Assembly: GCA_040772485.1 (NCBI GenBank)
Contig: JAXGYC010000007.1
Coordinates: 608,001 to 672,000, forward strand
DNA length: 64,000 bases
Source: Sedimentisphaerales bacterium
GTDB lineage: Bacteria > Planctomycetota > Phycisphaerae > Sedimentisphaerales > Anaerobacaceae
Reading direction: 5' to 3'
Shown: piece by piece, positions 1-11,000 of the stretch
Layout of the letters: each line of letters opens with the position of its first letter
Numbering within the stretch: the first letter of the stretch is position 1
Program-made: the position numbers and the translations under genes
Notes under the pieces: generated by a model
Databases searched by the model: none
Seen by the model: only the letters and a program-made list of their open reading frames with translations
Told to the model about the DNA's origin: nothing

Positions 1-872
1 GTCACGGTGTCAGCGACCCGCACGGCGTCGCAGACCTGATCGTCGCCCCGGCCGAGAAAGAGCCGATCACCGGGTTGCGGAACGAATCCCAGATCGCTCG
101 GCGTGATCGTGACGTACCGGCCCGGGTCCAGGACATCGTCGTCAACTGGTAGGGGCGAGGCATGCCTCGCCCCTGCATTCGACTGCACTTCGAGCCAGGC
201 ATCCGCCATCGCCGCCGGCTCAGATCCCACATTGACAATCTCCACGAAGAAGTCCGACTCGCCTGCCGGACAGACCTCGTTGAGACGCAGTGAACGTGGT
301 AACGGTGTCGCATCGGTGAAGTTGGACGCATTCGGAGTGCCCCCGATCCGGTCGCTCCAGGTCCAATTCGACGCGGCATCGCTTTCGCGCGTGGGATCGA
401 TCTTGGCCAGGGTGCAGCCGGAGCCGTCTGCGGCCACGGGCCAGTCCTCCCCGTCGTCGTATCGCACCCGATTCATCAGGCGGCCGCTGTTGTTGAGCAG
501 CCGAATTTCCTCGCCCGCGTTGGAGAGCTTCCCGTCAAACGGTCCCAGGACCGGCGAGGCTGTCATCTCCAGTCCGCCTGCGGCGGACGCCACGACCACG
601 TAGGAGTCGGGCGCGACGATTGTTCCAGCCGGAAAGGTGTACTCGACCGCACCCGCCAGAGACCAGCCGGACAGGTCCACGAGCGTTCCCATCTGGTTGT
701 AGAGCTCGATCCACTCCGGCTCGTCCGCGCGCGGATGGAACATGATCTCGTTGATGACGACCACGCTGTCGGCCAACAGTGCGCACGGCGAGCACAGTTG
801 AAGCGCGAGCCCCAGGAACAGGGCCGCGATCCACCTGCGGCGAAGATCGAGTTTCTCGTGATGTTCAGTCAT
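1..872 (-). CDS. Secreted lamin-tail-domain (LTD) protein, truncated at the left window edge
   Basis: Absent from the ORF track; translated by hand: ATG at 872 after GGAGG, MTEHHEKLDLRRRWIAALFLGLALQLCSPCALLADSVVVINEIMFHPRADEPEWIELYN...GKLSNAGEEIRL...WPVAADGSGCTLAKIDP. Same LTD motifs as the C-terminus of 55676..59155. Confidence 0.85.
   Translation of the reverse strand, partial: MTEHHEKLDLRRRWIAALFLGLALQLCSPCALLADSVVVINEIMFHPRADEPEWIELYNQMGTLVDLSGWSLAGAVEYTFPAGTIVAPDSYVVVASAAGGLEMTASPVLGPFDGKLSNAGEEIRLLNNSGRLMNRVRYDDGEDWPVAADGSGCTLAKIDPTRESDAASNWTWSDRIGGTPNASNFTDATPLPRSLRLNEVCPAGESDFFVEIVNVGSEPAAMADAWLEVQSNAGARHASPLPVDDDVLDPGRYVTITPSDLGFVPQPGDRLFLGRGDDQVCDAVRVADTV
149..176. repeat. REP-like palindrome GTAGGGGCGAGGCATGCCTCGCCCCT inside the LTD gene
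   Basis: GTAG tetranucleotide followed by a hairpin; near-identical intergenic copy at 33285..33312. Confidence 0.8.
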
Positions 873-884
873 TAACCGCCTCCG

Positions 885-912
885 GTCCGCCTGTGGTCCG
901 CCTGCGGCGGAC
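885..912. repeat. GTCCGCCTGCGGCGGAC palindrome preceded by a partial copy
   Basis: Other copies at 572..588 (in CDS), 16827..16842, and a partial one near 4747..4760 (in CDS). Confidence 0.7.
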
Positions 913-935
913 GACTCGCTTTAGTCTTTCCACCT

Positions 936-1040
936 GTAGGGGCGAATGATTATTCGCCTGTACCGGTATTATACCACATGACGCATGCTCGCCGCTCGTC
1001 GATCTGAAACCAGTAAGGGGGAATGATCATTCGCCCGTAC
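936..1040. repeat. Pair of REP-like palindromes, GTAGGGGCGAATGATTATTCGCC family
   Basis: Copies at 936..963 and 1013..1040; family also at 4982..5009, 11900..11927, 13011..13035, 17907..17934. Confidence 0.8.
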
Positions 1041-1044
1041 CTGG

Positions 1045-4000
1045 TCACCAGCGGAAGAATCGGTAGGGATCATCCCATTCCTGCGGTTCGTCCAGATAGA
1101 GACCCTGAAGCCATCGGCCCGGCTCGGCTGGCTCGACGGAGCGAGAGAATCGACCGAGCAGCGGAGTCGGAGCCTGCGCGCCGAGGTTGGCCAGGAGCCG
1201 CGTGACCAGGAAACTGGTTCGCCGGAAGGTCCGCTTAAGCCCGAAGTTGCTGCGGTACTCGAATTGCCACGGGGCGAGCTGACAGAGGACGACCCTCCCT
1301 CCCGGAACGACCGCCAGCACGCCATCGCCGACGGGCTGGGCGCCCCCAGAGACCAGCGGAAGTATCCGCGGATCGCGGTTGTGCACGTCTGCCGGCCCAA
1401 TGCCGGCCAGTGGCGAGTCCATCGTCGCAGGATCGAAGAAGGCATTGATGTGTTCGGCCTGCCTCATGGTGACACGGACAGGCAATACGGCGTCGACGTC
1501 CTCCTGCGCCAAACCGACGGCCAGCACGCGTCCGCCCGACGCCAGGAACGCACCGATCGCGTCTTTGTGAGCGGACCCCGGCGCGCCGGGGCTGTCGGGC
1601 CCGAGGATCAGAACGGAGTCTGCGGGGATCTCACCGCCTTCGTAGGCGTGGAGGGGAAACCCTGCCGCTTCGAAGTGCTCGCGGCCGGCGGCCGTTCCGG
1701 CATAGAACGCCTCGCGCGGCGTCGCAGGCTTCCACGCGCGGACGTACCGTAGCAGGTTGGCGACGAGAATCTCCGCCGCCGGCTCCGTCTCCGTACGCCT
1801 GGTCACGTCGATCTGACAGAACAGCACCATCCCCGTGCCCTCGCGGTACTCCATCAGAGGGCTGTACTGGAGGCTGAATCCGCCGTCCACGATGGGCAGG
1901 AAATCGCCGCACGCCGGTTTCTCGATGAGGACCGATGCCACGTTTCCGCGATTGCCGCATCGCCACGCGCGCGTCACCGTCAGGCCGCACCACGTCACAG
2001 CCGGCGCGCCGTTGAACTTGGACGAACGTTCGTACTTCAACCTTGGCGGAACGATGGTCGCTTCGCCTCGCCAGTCACGCAGGTTCTCGACTTCAAGTCC
2101 GGCCAGGACGGGATGGTCGGGCACGCGAGGGAAAACATTCCGCAGGCCATACTCGACCACGCGGAAACCGAACCGCTTCTCCAGCACCTCCGGCGTCTGC
2201 TCGAACACGACCACTTTGAGCCCATCCCGGACCTGCCCGATATCCGGCCCCGGCGCGCCAGGGTCCACTGTCATGGCTGCCTTGCCCACAACGAGCATCT
2301 CATACGAACCGAGATCGGCGGTCGCGTCGACACGTTCGCAGGACAGCCCCATCTCTTCCATCAACTGTGCCGTCTCGCCGGCAGGATCGAAGAGAGCAAC
2401 CTTGGCCTTGTCGCGCACCAGCGCCGGACGCGGAACAACGTGGATCGTGAATGTGTCTTCTTGTGACTGACCATTGCTGAATGCGGCCTTGGCAATCATT
2501 TCGTATGAGCCGGGTTTCGCGCTGGTCGGGATGACAAAGCGTATCGGTACGTTCGCCTGCTGACCTGTTTCGACGGCGACCTCTTCGTTGCCGAGGACCG
2601 GCTCAGGCAACCCGACACGCCACGAGCACGTGCAACGGACCGGCTCGCGCGAGTTGTTGACCACGATCAACGGCTTGTCTACCGTCTGGCCGGCAGTGAA
2701 ATTGTGGTCCTTGCCGGTGAAGGAACCGGCCTTACCGGCGATGTAGGCCAGGAGGGGCTGGTTGTTGCGCAGGATGGCGTTGCCGGCACCGGTGGGGACC
2801 CAGTCCGCGCGTTCATACGCCAGGTCCATCCGTTCGTAGCGCTGCTCGCGATAGTCGGGACTGAAGCCGGGCCGCTGCAGGTTGAGCCAATCCACCTCGA
2901 ATTCTTCACGTCGGTTCCTGTCCACGCCGGGGCGAAGCCGGAACAGGATGTGATGCTCCCAGGGCGAGATGGCCGAGACGCCCCACGTGCGGAAAGCCCG
3001 CCAGTTGTCCGTGAGGTAGAGATCGAACACCGGTTCGCGCTCGGGAAAATCGGTCGAACCCAACTGGTGAGGATAGTCCCAGCGATGCCAGAGCCTGCCG
3101 GCGCGGAATTGTTGGGCCTCCCAGCGCAAGTTCGGCTTCTCCATTTCGCTGATCGCGAAGGCGCGGTCGCCGAAGAACTGGGCGTTCCATTCGGCCAGGC
3201 AGAACTCCCACGGCACCGCCGCACTGCCGAATTCCCTCTTGCCCTCGTACCAGCCGCGATACATCGCCCAGTCCCAGGTGAACGGCGCGCCGTACTCGCA
3301 CAGGAAGACCGGCTTGACGCCCTGCGTCGCCCAGTGCTCGAACCAGTCCGACATCTCCTGCACGGGAACGAAGTTCGGATAGAAGTTGATCGCGTGCATC
3401 GAGCCTAAGTTGCCCGAGGCGTGGTGATAGACGATGCGAGACGGGTCCAGCGTCCGGACAATGGCCTCGGCCCGCGTAGCGAGTTTGACGTTTCGCAGCG
3501 CCCAGTTGTCGCGGGCGTCCTGAAGGCCGTCGATCATGTCGGGATTCATGTCCTCGCTGTAACCCGTCGCGTTGTGACTCATGGAGTACATCACGACGGA
3601 CGGGTGATTCTGGGCGACTCGAACGTGGAACTCGGCGTGCCGGACGTAGCCGTTGTTGCGATCCGCATCGGGCTCCTGCCAGTCATAGTGGCTGAAGTGC
3701 GGCTGCGAGAACGACACGAGCATCCCGGTGTCGTCGGCGGCCTGGAGAATCTCGGCGAAGCTCAGATGCGAGCCGGGCTGGCAGCCGTAATTGTGCGTGT
3801 AGACGAAGTTGATGCCGAAGCTCTTGAGCCGCTCCAGACTCTCGCGGGCCGCCTCATAGGTGGCCGACGCGGCGCCGACCTGGGCGTTGTCCAGCGGCAC
3901 CGCCGACAGGAAGATGCGCGTGCCGTTGAGATAGAAGTCGCGGCCCTCGATCCACATCTCTCGGAATCCGAAGCGGATGGGCCAGTGCGTGTCGAGCGCG

Positions 4001-4974
4001 TGGCCTTGCACGTCGAGAAGGGAAACTTCGGCGTCATAGGTGTTCAGCGGCGTGTGAAGATCCCAGAGCTTGTCCGGCATCCACTTGTCTGTGCACGTGA
4101 TGCGGCCCTCGCGGACGTCACTTGCCCGGAACGGGCGACCTGTGAATTCCTTCAGGACGCGGTCTTTGTCGAGGATCCGAACGCCGACGGTGTATTCGCT
4201 CTGAGCGTCAAGTCCTTCCAACTCCAGATCGAGCGAAATCTCGTGTTGGCGGATCGACGTGGCCACTCGCGCATCGGCGATGCGCGGTCCGGCCGGCATG
4301 CCGATCAGGCAGACGTCGCCGCACAGGCCTCGTCGCGCCACGGTTCCCTTGATCTCACGTGCCGCGGCGGTGTCGGCATAGGAGAGCATCACCCCTTTGA
4401 GCGGCATGGCGACGACGAGGAGACTGAGCCGATGCGTCCGGCCCGGATGACAGAAGGCCGTCAGGTCGACTTCGGCACCTGGAAATCGAGCCTCGCCCGC
4501 CTGGACACCGTCCACGTGGATCGAGGCATACGAATTCAGATACTCGAGACAGAGCGAGATGCGCCGGCCGGCCCAGGACGACGGGATCGTGATCTCCCGC
4601 TCGTACCAGGCAGCGGCCACGTCGCGCAGTGCGAGATTGCGCCAGCTCGGATGCGCGTACACCGTCTGGCTGTCCTTTTGCATGTAGTCGGCGATCCCGG
4701 GCCAGCACCCTGGGACCTTGAAGTAGCCCCAATCGGCGTGTGGCACGCCTGCGGCGGACTCGGAATCCGTCTGTGCCGGTTGCCAACGCCAGAGGCCATT
4801 GATACAGACGCGCTCGCGAGTCGCGGTAGCTTCTCGATACGCCGTGGAAATGTCCCACGTCGGCTGAACGCCCGGCGGCAGTGCGGCGTCTTCAGATGTT
4901 GTATTGGCGGCAGCAAAGCACGCCATTGTCAGATACGCAATGCAGATAAGGGTGCGTGACGTCAGCATATACAT
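1045..4974 (-). CDS. Large secreted GH2-like glycoside hydrolase
   Basis: Signal peptide; INGLWRWQP, WYEREITIP, P(K)LWDLHTP, RFGFREMWIEGRDFYLNG, NHPSVVMYS and CEYG motifs of the GH2 sugar-binding/Ig/TIM architecture. Confidence 0.75.
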   Translation of the reverse strand: MYMLTSRTLICIAYLTMACFAAANTTSEDAALPPGVQPTWDISTAYREATATRERVCINGLWRWQPAQTDSESAAGVPHADWGYFKVPGCWPGIADYMQKDSQTVYAHPSWRNLALRDVAAAWYEREITIPSSWAGRRISLCLEYLNSYASIHVDGVQAGEARFPGAEVDLTAFCHPGRTHRLSLLVVAMPLKGVMLSYADTAAAREIKGTVARRGLCGDVCLIGMPAGPRIADARVATSIRQHEISLDLELEGLDAQSEYTVGVRILDKDRVLKEFTGRPFRASDVREGRITCTDKWMPDKLWDLHTPLNTYDAEVSLLDVQGHALDTHWPIRFGFREMWIEGRDFYLNGTRIFLSAVPLDNAQVGAASATYEAARESLERLKSFGINFVYTHNYGCQPGSHLSFAEILQAADDTGMLVSFSQPHFSHYDWQEPDADRNNGYVRHAEFHVRVAQNHPSVVMYSMSHNATGYSEDMNPDMIDGLQDARDNWALRNVKLATRAEAIVRTLDPSRIVYHHASGNLGSMHAINFYPNFVPVQEMSDWFEHWATQGVKPVFLCEYGAPFTWDWAMYRGWYEGKREFGSAAVPWEFCLAEWNAQFFGDRAFAISEMEKPNLRWEAQQFRAGRLWHRWDYPHQLGSTDFPEREPVFDLYLTDNWRAFRTWGVSAISPWEHHILFRLRPGVDRNRREEFEVDWLNLQRPGFSPDYREQRYERMDLAYERADWVPTGAGNAILRNNQPLLAYIAGKAGSFTGKDHNFTAGQTVDKPLIVVNNSREPVRCTCSWRVGLPEPVLGNEEVAVETGQQANVPIRFVIPTSAKPGSYEMIAKAAFSNGQSQEDTFTIHVVPRPALVRDKAKVALFDPAGETAQLMEEMGLSCERVDATADLGSYEMLVVGKAAMTVDPGAPGPDIGQVRDGLKVVVFEQTPEVLEKRFGFRVVEYGLRNVFPRVPDHPVLAGLEVENLRDWRGEATIVPPRLKYERSSKFNGAPAVTWCGLTVTRAWRCGNRGNVASVLIEKPACGDFLPIVDGGFSLQYSPLMEYREGTGMVLFCQIDVTRRTETEPAAEILVANLLRYVRAWKPATPREAFYAGTAAGREHFEAAGFPLHAYEGGEIPADSVLILGPDSPGAPGSAHKDAIGAFLASGGRVLAVGLAQEDVDAVLPVRVTMRQAEHINAFFDPATMDSPLAGIGPADVHNRDPRILPLVSGGAQPVGDGVLAVVPGGRVVLCQLAPWQFEYRSNFGLKRTFRRTSFLVTRLLANLGAQAPTPLLGRFSRSVEPAEPGRWLQGLYLDEPQEWDDPYRFFRW

Positions 4975-4981
4975 CCACCAG

Positions 4982-5009
4982 GTGCGGGCGAATGATTATT
5001 CGCACCTAC
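4982..5009. repeat. REP-like palindrome whose GTAG supplies the TAG stop of the upstream gene
   Basis: Minus strand reads CTG TAG GTGCGAATAATCATTCGCCCGCAC; stop at 5006..5008. Confidence 0.7.
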
Positions 5010-8000
5010 AGGCCTGCGGTGATATCCAGCCGGACGGCAGTCGCCGGCGGCACGATTTCCCATTCGGATTCCGTCTTTCGGATTTCGGCGTCTCCTGTTC
5101 TTTGGCCGTCCTGGTCATATGCAGCCACCGTAATCGCCGGCCTGTCCACGAGGGTGGTAATCGCTGTCCGCACATCGTCCGGGCCAAACGAGCCTTCGGG
5201 CTTGGCGATCACGAGACGCTCAACGCCCTCGACGAGAGCGACCGAAATGCCCACGCTCTCCTTCATACGACGCACGGCGACACTGCCGCTGGTCGCGACC
5301 CCATCGAAGCGGCGCCAGGCGCCGCGGGCGTCGAGGAAGATGCAATCGGGCGAACTGGCACGGTCACAGCGTTGCCCATCGAGCAAGGCCGAGCACTCGA
5401 TGAAGCCGTCCGCCCCCAGAGCGAGCCAGCCGAACGGCGGCAGATCGTATCCGGCGTCCGGAAGCTGCCACGACTCGGACGCGTTGCCGTTGACCCATAT
5501 GCGCAGACCGTTCGGATAGTAAATGAAAATCTTCGACTTTCGCCAATCACCGCTCTGGAAGGCCTCGGAGGAACTGACCAGGCCGCGATCCGTGCCACAG
5601 CGAATCTCCTGCGGCTTGAGCATGGCGTACCGCGATTGAAGCGGCCCGAGCATGTAGTACGACCGGCAGGTCTGACGAATGCCGTGGGCCTCCTCCACCA
5701 GCCAGCCGATGTGGCCGTAGGCGATGGTCGCCGCCAGGAACTGGTCGATGCTGGCGACGATGTTCTCCGGCTTGTTCCAGCCTTCCTTGCCGCTGAAGAA
5801 CTGGCCCGTCCAGGGCACGCCGATATCGACCGACAGCGGGTGCATCTTCAGCAGGTCGAAGTGAGGCAGATAGGGATACTCCCACAGCCGCAGCCCGCTG
5901 TATGTCAGGCCATAGTTGCCCACGCACAGGCCGGCGTAGAGCCACTGGTGATGGCCCTCCGACCAGCAGTGGCCGTCGTAGACGTCCTGATCGTGCAGCA
6001 GCAGCTCGCCGTAGGCGTAGAAAGTCGCGGCGAACGTCCCAGCGCCGGGCACGCGGGCATCGAAGTCCGTCCGATCCCACGGGCTCACCGACGTGTGAAC
6101 ATCGGTGTACGCGGCATTCGTGTTGAACTTGGCCTGGACCAACGGAGCGAGCCGGCGGTCCATCTCCACGGCGAAGAGCGATTTGGGCGAGTAGCATCGC
6201 GCCCAGGCCCTGACGAGGTTGCCGTCGGGGCCGCGCATCACGCGGTCCGTGTCCCAGTGGGCGTTCACCGGCGCGAAGTCGGTGTAGTTCGTGTAGAGGC
6301 CCGAGCGCCAGCCCAGCGAACGCTGAGCGGCCACGTACTTCTGCAGCGCCTCGTCGCCGCCTTTGCCCGGCGCGGCCATCTCGCGGAACGTGAAGCTCTC
6401 GCCGCTGTCGCGCCAGGTGATCTCGTGGTTGCACTGCGTCAGCATCTCGATGCCGTAGGCGCGCAGTCTCTTCGACCGCTCGTGCTCGCTCTGGTAGTCC
6501 TGTGGACCCCAGCTTTCCTGCCAGAGCCGCGTAGCGGCCTCGCGACCGCGTTTGGCGGGAGGGTTGTCAATCGTCGCCAGCGTCTCCTCGAACACCGGCG
6601 AGAAGGTCACGAAGAACCTCTCGTAAAGGTCGTTGCGTCGTCCATCCGTCTTGGGGATGTATCGCACGCCGCCGTTGAGCTGGACCTTGTCGCCGTCGAT
6701 CTTGTCGACCGCGAACGGCGCCGAGGCGTTTGAACGGTACCAATCCATCCAGACCGAGGCGAAATACCGGACCGCGCCCTTGGACATCAGGACGTTCAGA
6801 TGGTGGCCTCCATAGTTCATGAAAGGCAGCATCAGCAGTTCCGGCTTCTCGACGCCCTCGATACGCCCGTAGGAAAGCTCGGTCGCCAGTCCGCCGGTGC
6901 AGATGCAGTCCACAACGAGGCTCTTCTGCCACAGACGCAGCGTGGACTGGATCGTCACCTCGGCCCCGTTGATGTTTGCCCGCCAGGAGGCCTTCAGTTC
7001 ACTTCCGATCGTCTGGGCCTCGATCAGCCGGACGTTCTGCGGCTCGGCGACGAATGTCAGTCCCGCCTCTGTCATGGCTTTGGCCACGACAGTTCCGTTG
7101 AGCCTGACGACGACCGGCTCCCAGAACCCGGCCCCTGGTTTGACCTCATACACCAATTGCGTCCCGGCGTCCTGGTAGGTGAACCGCCAGCCCTTGCCAG
7201 CCTGCGCCAGGTCCACCGAGAAGTCCGTCGCCAGATTCTCGGGCAGGATGGTCTGCTCGCGCGTTGGGAAAGGCAGTCGGCCTGGACCGATGTTGGCGCC
7301 TGGGGACTGGCCGGGGAATGGATCGATGCCGCGTTTCGGACGTGGTTCGAAGGAAAGTGGAGCCGGACTTTCCTTGAAGAATACCAGGTCCTCGAAGAAA
7401 AGCTCGCGGTCGTCCGTGTTGGAGCCGCCTGTGATCCGCAGACCGGCGAAGCGCAGCGGCCTCCTGTCGAGCCAACCGGCCGGCAGCACCCTGTGGATCA
7501 GCCACCATTCCTTCCAGGCCACCTGGGCGAGATCGAGCGTCAGCTCTGCGTTGTCCCGGTCGAGAACCACCAGCGTCACAGTCGTTCGCGGTGTCCCCGG
7601 CTCGGGCGCCCACGACCAGTTGTTGCCATAGACCCAGATCGTGGTCGCCGAGACATCATCCGGGATCGCTACCGGCGTCGGCGGGCGCAGAGCGACTGTG
7701 CTGGTGTTCGATGTGCCGCGATAGACCAGCCGGGCGACCGGCGATTCCCACACCCGCTGCCTCTGCGAGCCGATCAGATCGGCGACCGCGCCGTTGCTGC
7801 ACTCGACCTGCCAGCCTTCGAGCGAGTCGAAATCGACCAGCGGTGCGTGCGGCGGTTGGCGGCCGGCCCGGACGATCTCATAGGGACGAGCCCCCGGTGC
7901 TTCATCCGCCGGCATGGGCTTGGCCATGCGAGCCGTCGTGGAACTTGATTCCGCGTGCAGCGTGCCGGCAAGCGCCATCAGCGCGACCAAGGCACCGCGA

Positions 8001-8038
8001 GCAGGCCAGGATCTGCCGTTAATCGTATGGGACGTCAT
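5006..8038 (-). CDS. Secreted hypothetical protein, probable TIM-barrel glycoside hydrolase
   Basis: Long ORF; ATG at 8038 after AGGAG; signal-like N-terminus; GLYTNYTD, AAYTDVHT and WSEG motifs reminiscent of GH101/GH129-like barrels (weak). Confidence 0.6.
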   Translation of the reverse strand: MTSHTINGRSWPARGALVALMALAGTLHAESSSTTARMAKPMPADEAPGARPYEIVRAGRQPPHAPLVDFDSLEGWQVECSNGAVADLIGSQRQRVWESPVARLVYRGTSNTSTVALRPPTPVAIPDDVSATTIWVYGNNWSWAPEPGTPRTTVTLVVLDRDNAELTLDLAQVAWKEWWLIHRVLPAGWLDRRPLRFAGLRITGGSNTDDRELFFEDLVFFKESPAPLSFEPRPKRGIDPFPGQSPGANIGPGRLPFPTREQTILPENLATDFSVDLAQAGKGWRFTYQDAGTQLVYEVKPGAGFWEPVVVRLNGTVVAKAMTEAGLTFVAEPQNVRLIEAQTIGSELKASWRANINGAEVTIQSTLRLWQKSLVVDCICTGGLATELSYGRIEGVEKPELLMLPFMNYGGHHLNVLMSKGAVRYFASVWMDWYRSNASAPFAVDKIDGDKVQLNGGVRYIPKTDGRRNDLYERFFVTFSPVFEETLATIDNPPAKRGREAATRLWQESWGPQDYQSEHERSKRLRAYGIEMLTQCNHEITWRDSGESFTFREMAAPGKGGDEALQKYVAAQRSLGWRSGLYTNYTDFAPVNAHWDTDRVMRGPDGNLVRAWARCYSPKSLFAVEMDRRLAPLVQAKFNTNAAYTDVHTSVSPWDRTDFDARVPGAGTFAATFYAYGELLLHDQDVYDGHCWSEGHHQWLYAGLCVGNYGLTYSGLRLWEYPYLPHFDLLKMHPLSVDIGVPWTGQFFSGKEGWNKPENIVASIDQFLAATIAYGHIGWLVEEAHGIRQTCRSYYMLGPLQSRYAMLKPQEIRCGTDRGLVSSSEAFQSGDWRKSKIFIYYPNGLRIWVNGNASESWQLPDAGYDLPPFGWLALGADGFIECSALLDGQRCDRASSPDCIFLDARGAWRRFDGVATSGSVAVRRMKESVGISVALVEGVERLVIAKPEGSFGPDDVRTAITTLVDRPAITVAAYDQDGQRTGDAEIRKTESEWEIVPPATAVRLDITAGL

Positions 8039-8091
8039 GTGAAGACTCCTACAACGTACTGTTCCGCCGCAACCTGATCGCCGATGGTTGC

Positions 8092-11000
8092 TCATCGGTA
8101 ATGCGCAACGACCGTCAAGGCATCGAGGTCCGACGGCAACGTAATGATTCCCTGATCCGCGTCGAACCGATCGTGCGGACGCCCGTTGACCTCCACGCGG
8201 TCGAGCCGACGGCTCTCCGGGTGCCGCAGTCGAATCACGATCGCCTCCGGCCTGTCACGCCGGGGCGCCGTTATGGCAATCTCGATGCGCCCCGCATCCA
8301 CCTGCGACGAAATCCGGTAGCTGACCGGCCCGAAGCGCGTCGGGCAGTTGCTCGCGGTCAACTGCTTGCCGTCTTCCAGCCACTCAGTCGGGATCAACGG
8401 GGCCAGCCACAGCGTCCGGCCACGCTCCATGACCAGCATCTGCCGCGTCTGGTAGAGAAAGTACCCCGTCTCGTGCGTCTTGTCCCATGCCCCGCTGTGC
8501 CGGAAGTGCTCCCAGAAGGTCATCACCTCGGGGTTCACCAGGGACGCGATCGAGTTGAAGTACGTGCGGAGGAAGGGCTTCACGTCATCGCGCAGCGCGT
8601 AGACTTCCGCGTTGCGGGCGTAGTATGGCTGCACCTTGGAGAACCCGCCCAAGTGGAACCAGTCCTGCCGGTTGCGTTCTGCGGGATAGTCGAACCACCC
8701 GTCCCCCAGGAAGTGGACATCCTCCATGTGGTCCATCATGCGTGTGACCTCGGGATCGTTCGGGTCGAACACACCGGCCGGGACCAACTGATGCGCCCCC
8801 AGCTCGACGTCGTACGCCCACGTGCGGCCCATGTCCTGGCCGGGGAAGAAGTCGGCCAGCAGTCCGGGGCTGTGCACCTGCGAGGGGTAATGGGGAATCC
8901 ACGTGCCGTCGCGCAGCGGCAGAACCGGCGACTGCGCCTGGGTCCAGCGATAGGCCGCGAACAGGCAGTTGCGCAGCTCGTCCGCCTGCTGTTGAAAAAC
9001 CGCCGCCTTCGGGTGGCCGATGTCCCCCAGTACAGCCCCGAGGTCACGAAGCGCCGCGTAGTAATAGGCGTTCATGCAGAAGTGACAGGCGAATGCGTTC
9101 CAGTCGGCCAGGACGCCGGGAGGCATCAGGCCGTATTCCGGCCTGCGCTGCCCGTGGGCATCGAGCGCCCTGGTCTTGGCCAGTTGCCGAACGATCCAGT
9201 CCCCGACGCGTGCGATCTGGGACGCATGCCTCTGGAGCCAGACCGAGTCGCCTGTGAGCTCGCAGTGCTGCGCCAGCGTCCAGAGGTGCCACGCCGTGCC
9301 GAAGGTCGTGTAGCCGGTGGTCAGGAAGCCGTTGGCGTTGTAGCGGTGGATGAAGAACTCCAGGCCGCGTCGAGCGAATTCGCCGTGGCCGAGGAAGTCC
9401 ATCCCGCGAATCACGGAGTGGGCTTCGCTCTCGTACGGACCATACGACATCGCAGCGATCCACGGCGCAACGCGTGCGCCGTCGGCCTCGTTACGTGCGG
9501 CGATCAAACAGCGCAGTTGCGAGGAACGAACGAGATCGTTGATGAACGGATCGGGCGTGTCGATCTGCATGGCGGGCGCCAGAACGGCCTGCCAGTAGGA
9601 CTCCACGTCGCGGCGCAGCTCGGAGACGGCCCCCACGCTCGGAAGATCGCCGGCGGGAGGCTGAAGGATTGCGACGAAGCCCGCGCTTCCGCGGGGCGGC
9701 AACGTGCCACTCAATTGGAGCCGACCATCCGAGACGTGCAGCTTCGGATCGCTCGAAGAAGCGATGGTGATCGACCCCAACACGACGCCCTCGGCTTCGA
9801 GCCGGAAGCCGTCTTCGATCGGCGTAAGCGCCGCCAGCCGCTCGCCTCGACTGTCGAGCACGATATCCAGGCCGGCCGACACGGGATTGGCATCCTCTCG
9901 AAGGTTCTTCCAGGTGAACTCGGCCACACAGACGGCGGGACGGTTCAGACGGGCCGGATCGCTGCCGGGATCGTCGACGGGCGCGACGAACACGCGCTGC
10001 GTGCAGACAATCCCCTCATGTTCCGTGGTAATGACCGGGATGGGAAGCCAGCCCCCTTCGAGCCGCCGAGCCCGCTTGTCGGCCTGGCCCGATCCCCATC
10101 GCAGTTGCATCCTGCCGGCAGAACCGAACCAGTCTCCGCCCTCGCCGGCGGCCGCCTGGAAACGCAATGTGCCGTCCCGCTCCAGCACGTACTTCGTGTT
10201 GTCGCAGGCCAGCGACAGCATCACCGGGCCTTCGCTCTGGAGCGGATTGTGCGTCCGCGCCATCGCCTGGGCCAGCGTCTGGTCCGACCGCACCCGCACT
10301 TCCTGGAGGATTGTGCGACGGGCCTCTACCTTCCGGCGGTAGTCGGCCGGACTGATCGGCGCCGGGTCCCGCGTGACGAACAGACCGTGGTCGGGCAGAT
10401 AGACGCACTCGTTCGCGAGCACATCCTCGACCGCCACACCAAACGCCCCCGTCGGCAATCGAAACTGAATCACTGTCCGATCCGCATTCAGAGAGGAGGG
10501 TCGTGCGAATCGAACCTCCAGGTGCAGAGGACTGGACAAGGTCACTTCCGGCTCGACCGGCCCGAGGAATTCTCCGTTGTAGATAGCGATCCCCACAGGA
10601 GCCTGCGCCGATGCGGAATCCGTCTGCACCAGCAGCCGCGTCGTGTCCCAGCGGGTTCGCGTGAACGCGGCCAGGTCACGTACGCGCCACGAGGCCGCCA
10701 CAGGCGGCAGAATCCAACGGACCTTCCGCGTCAGGAGACGGTCGCCTTCGGGCGATCGCATGGACAGCCGGCAGACCACTTCGTTGCCCTCGGCGACGAT
10801 GTCGCCGCTGAGCGGCTTCCATTGCCCCTGCCAGGCGGACTCGCCAAACCAGCCCTCCACACGAATGCTGTTGACGGCAGAGGGAGCGGTAGGCCCCGAC
10901 AGACGCAACCGCAGCTCCCGCAGCGCGCGGCGGTTCAACCATTGGAGCCCGATGCAGCGGTAGCCACCCGCCCTCGTCGGTATCGCATAGCTGCCGTCGG

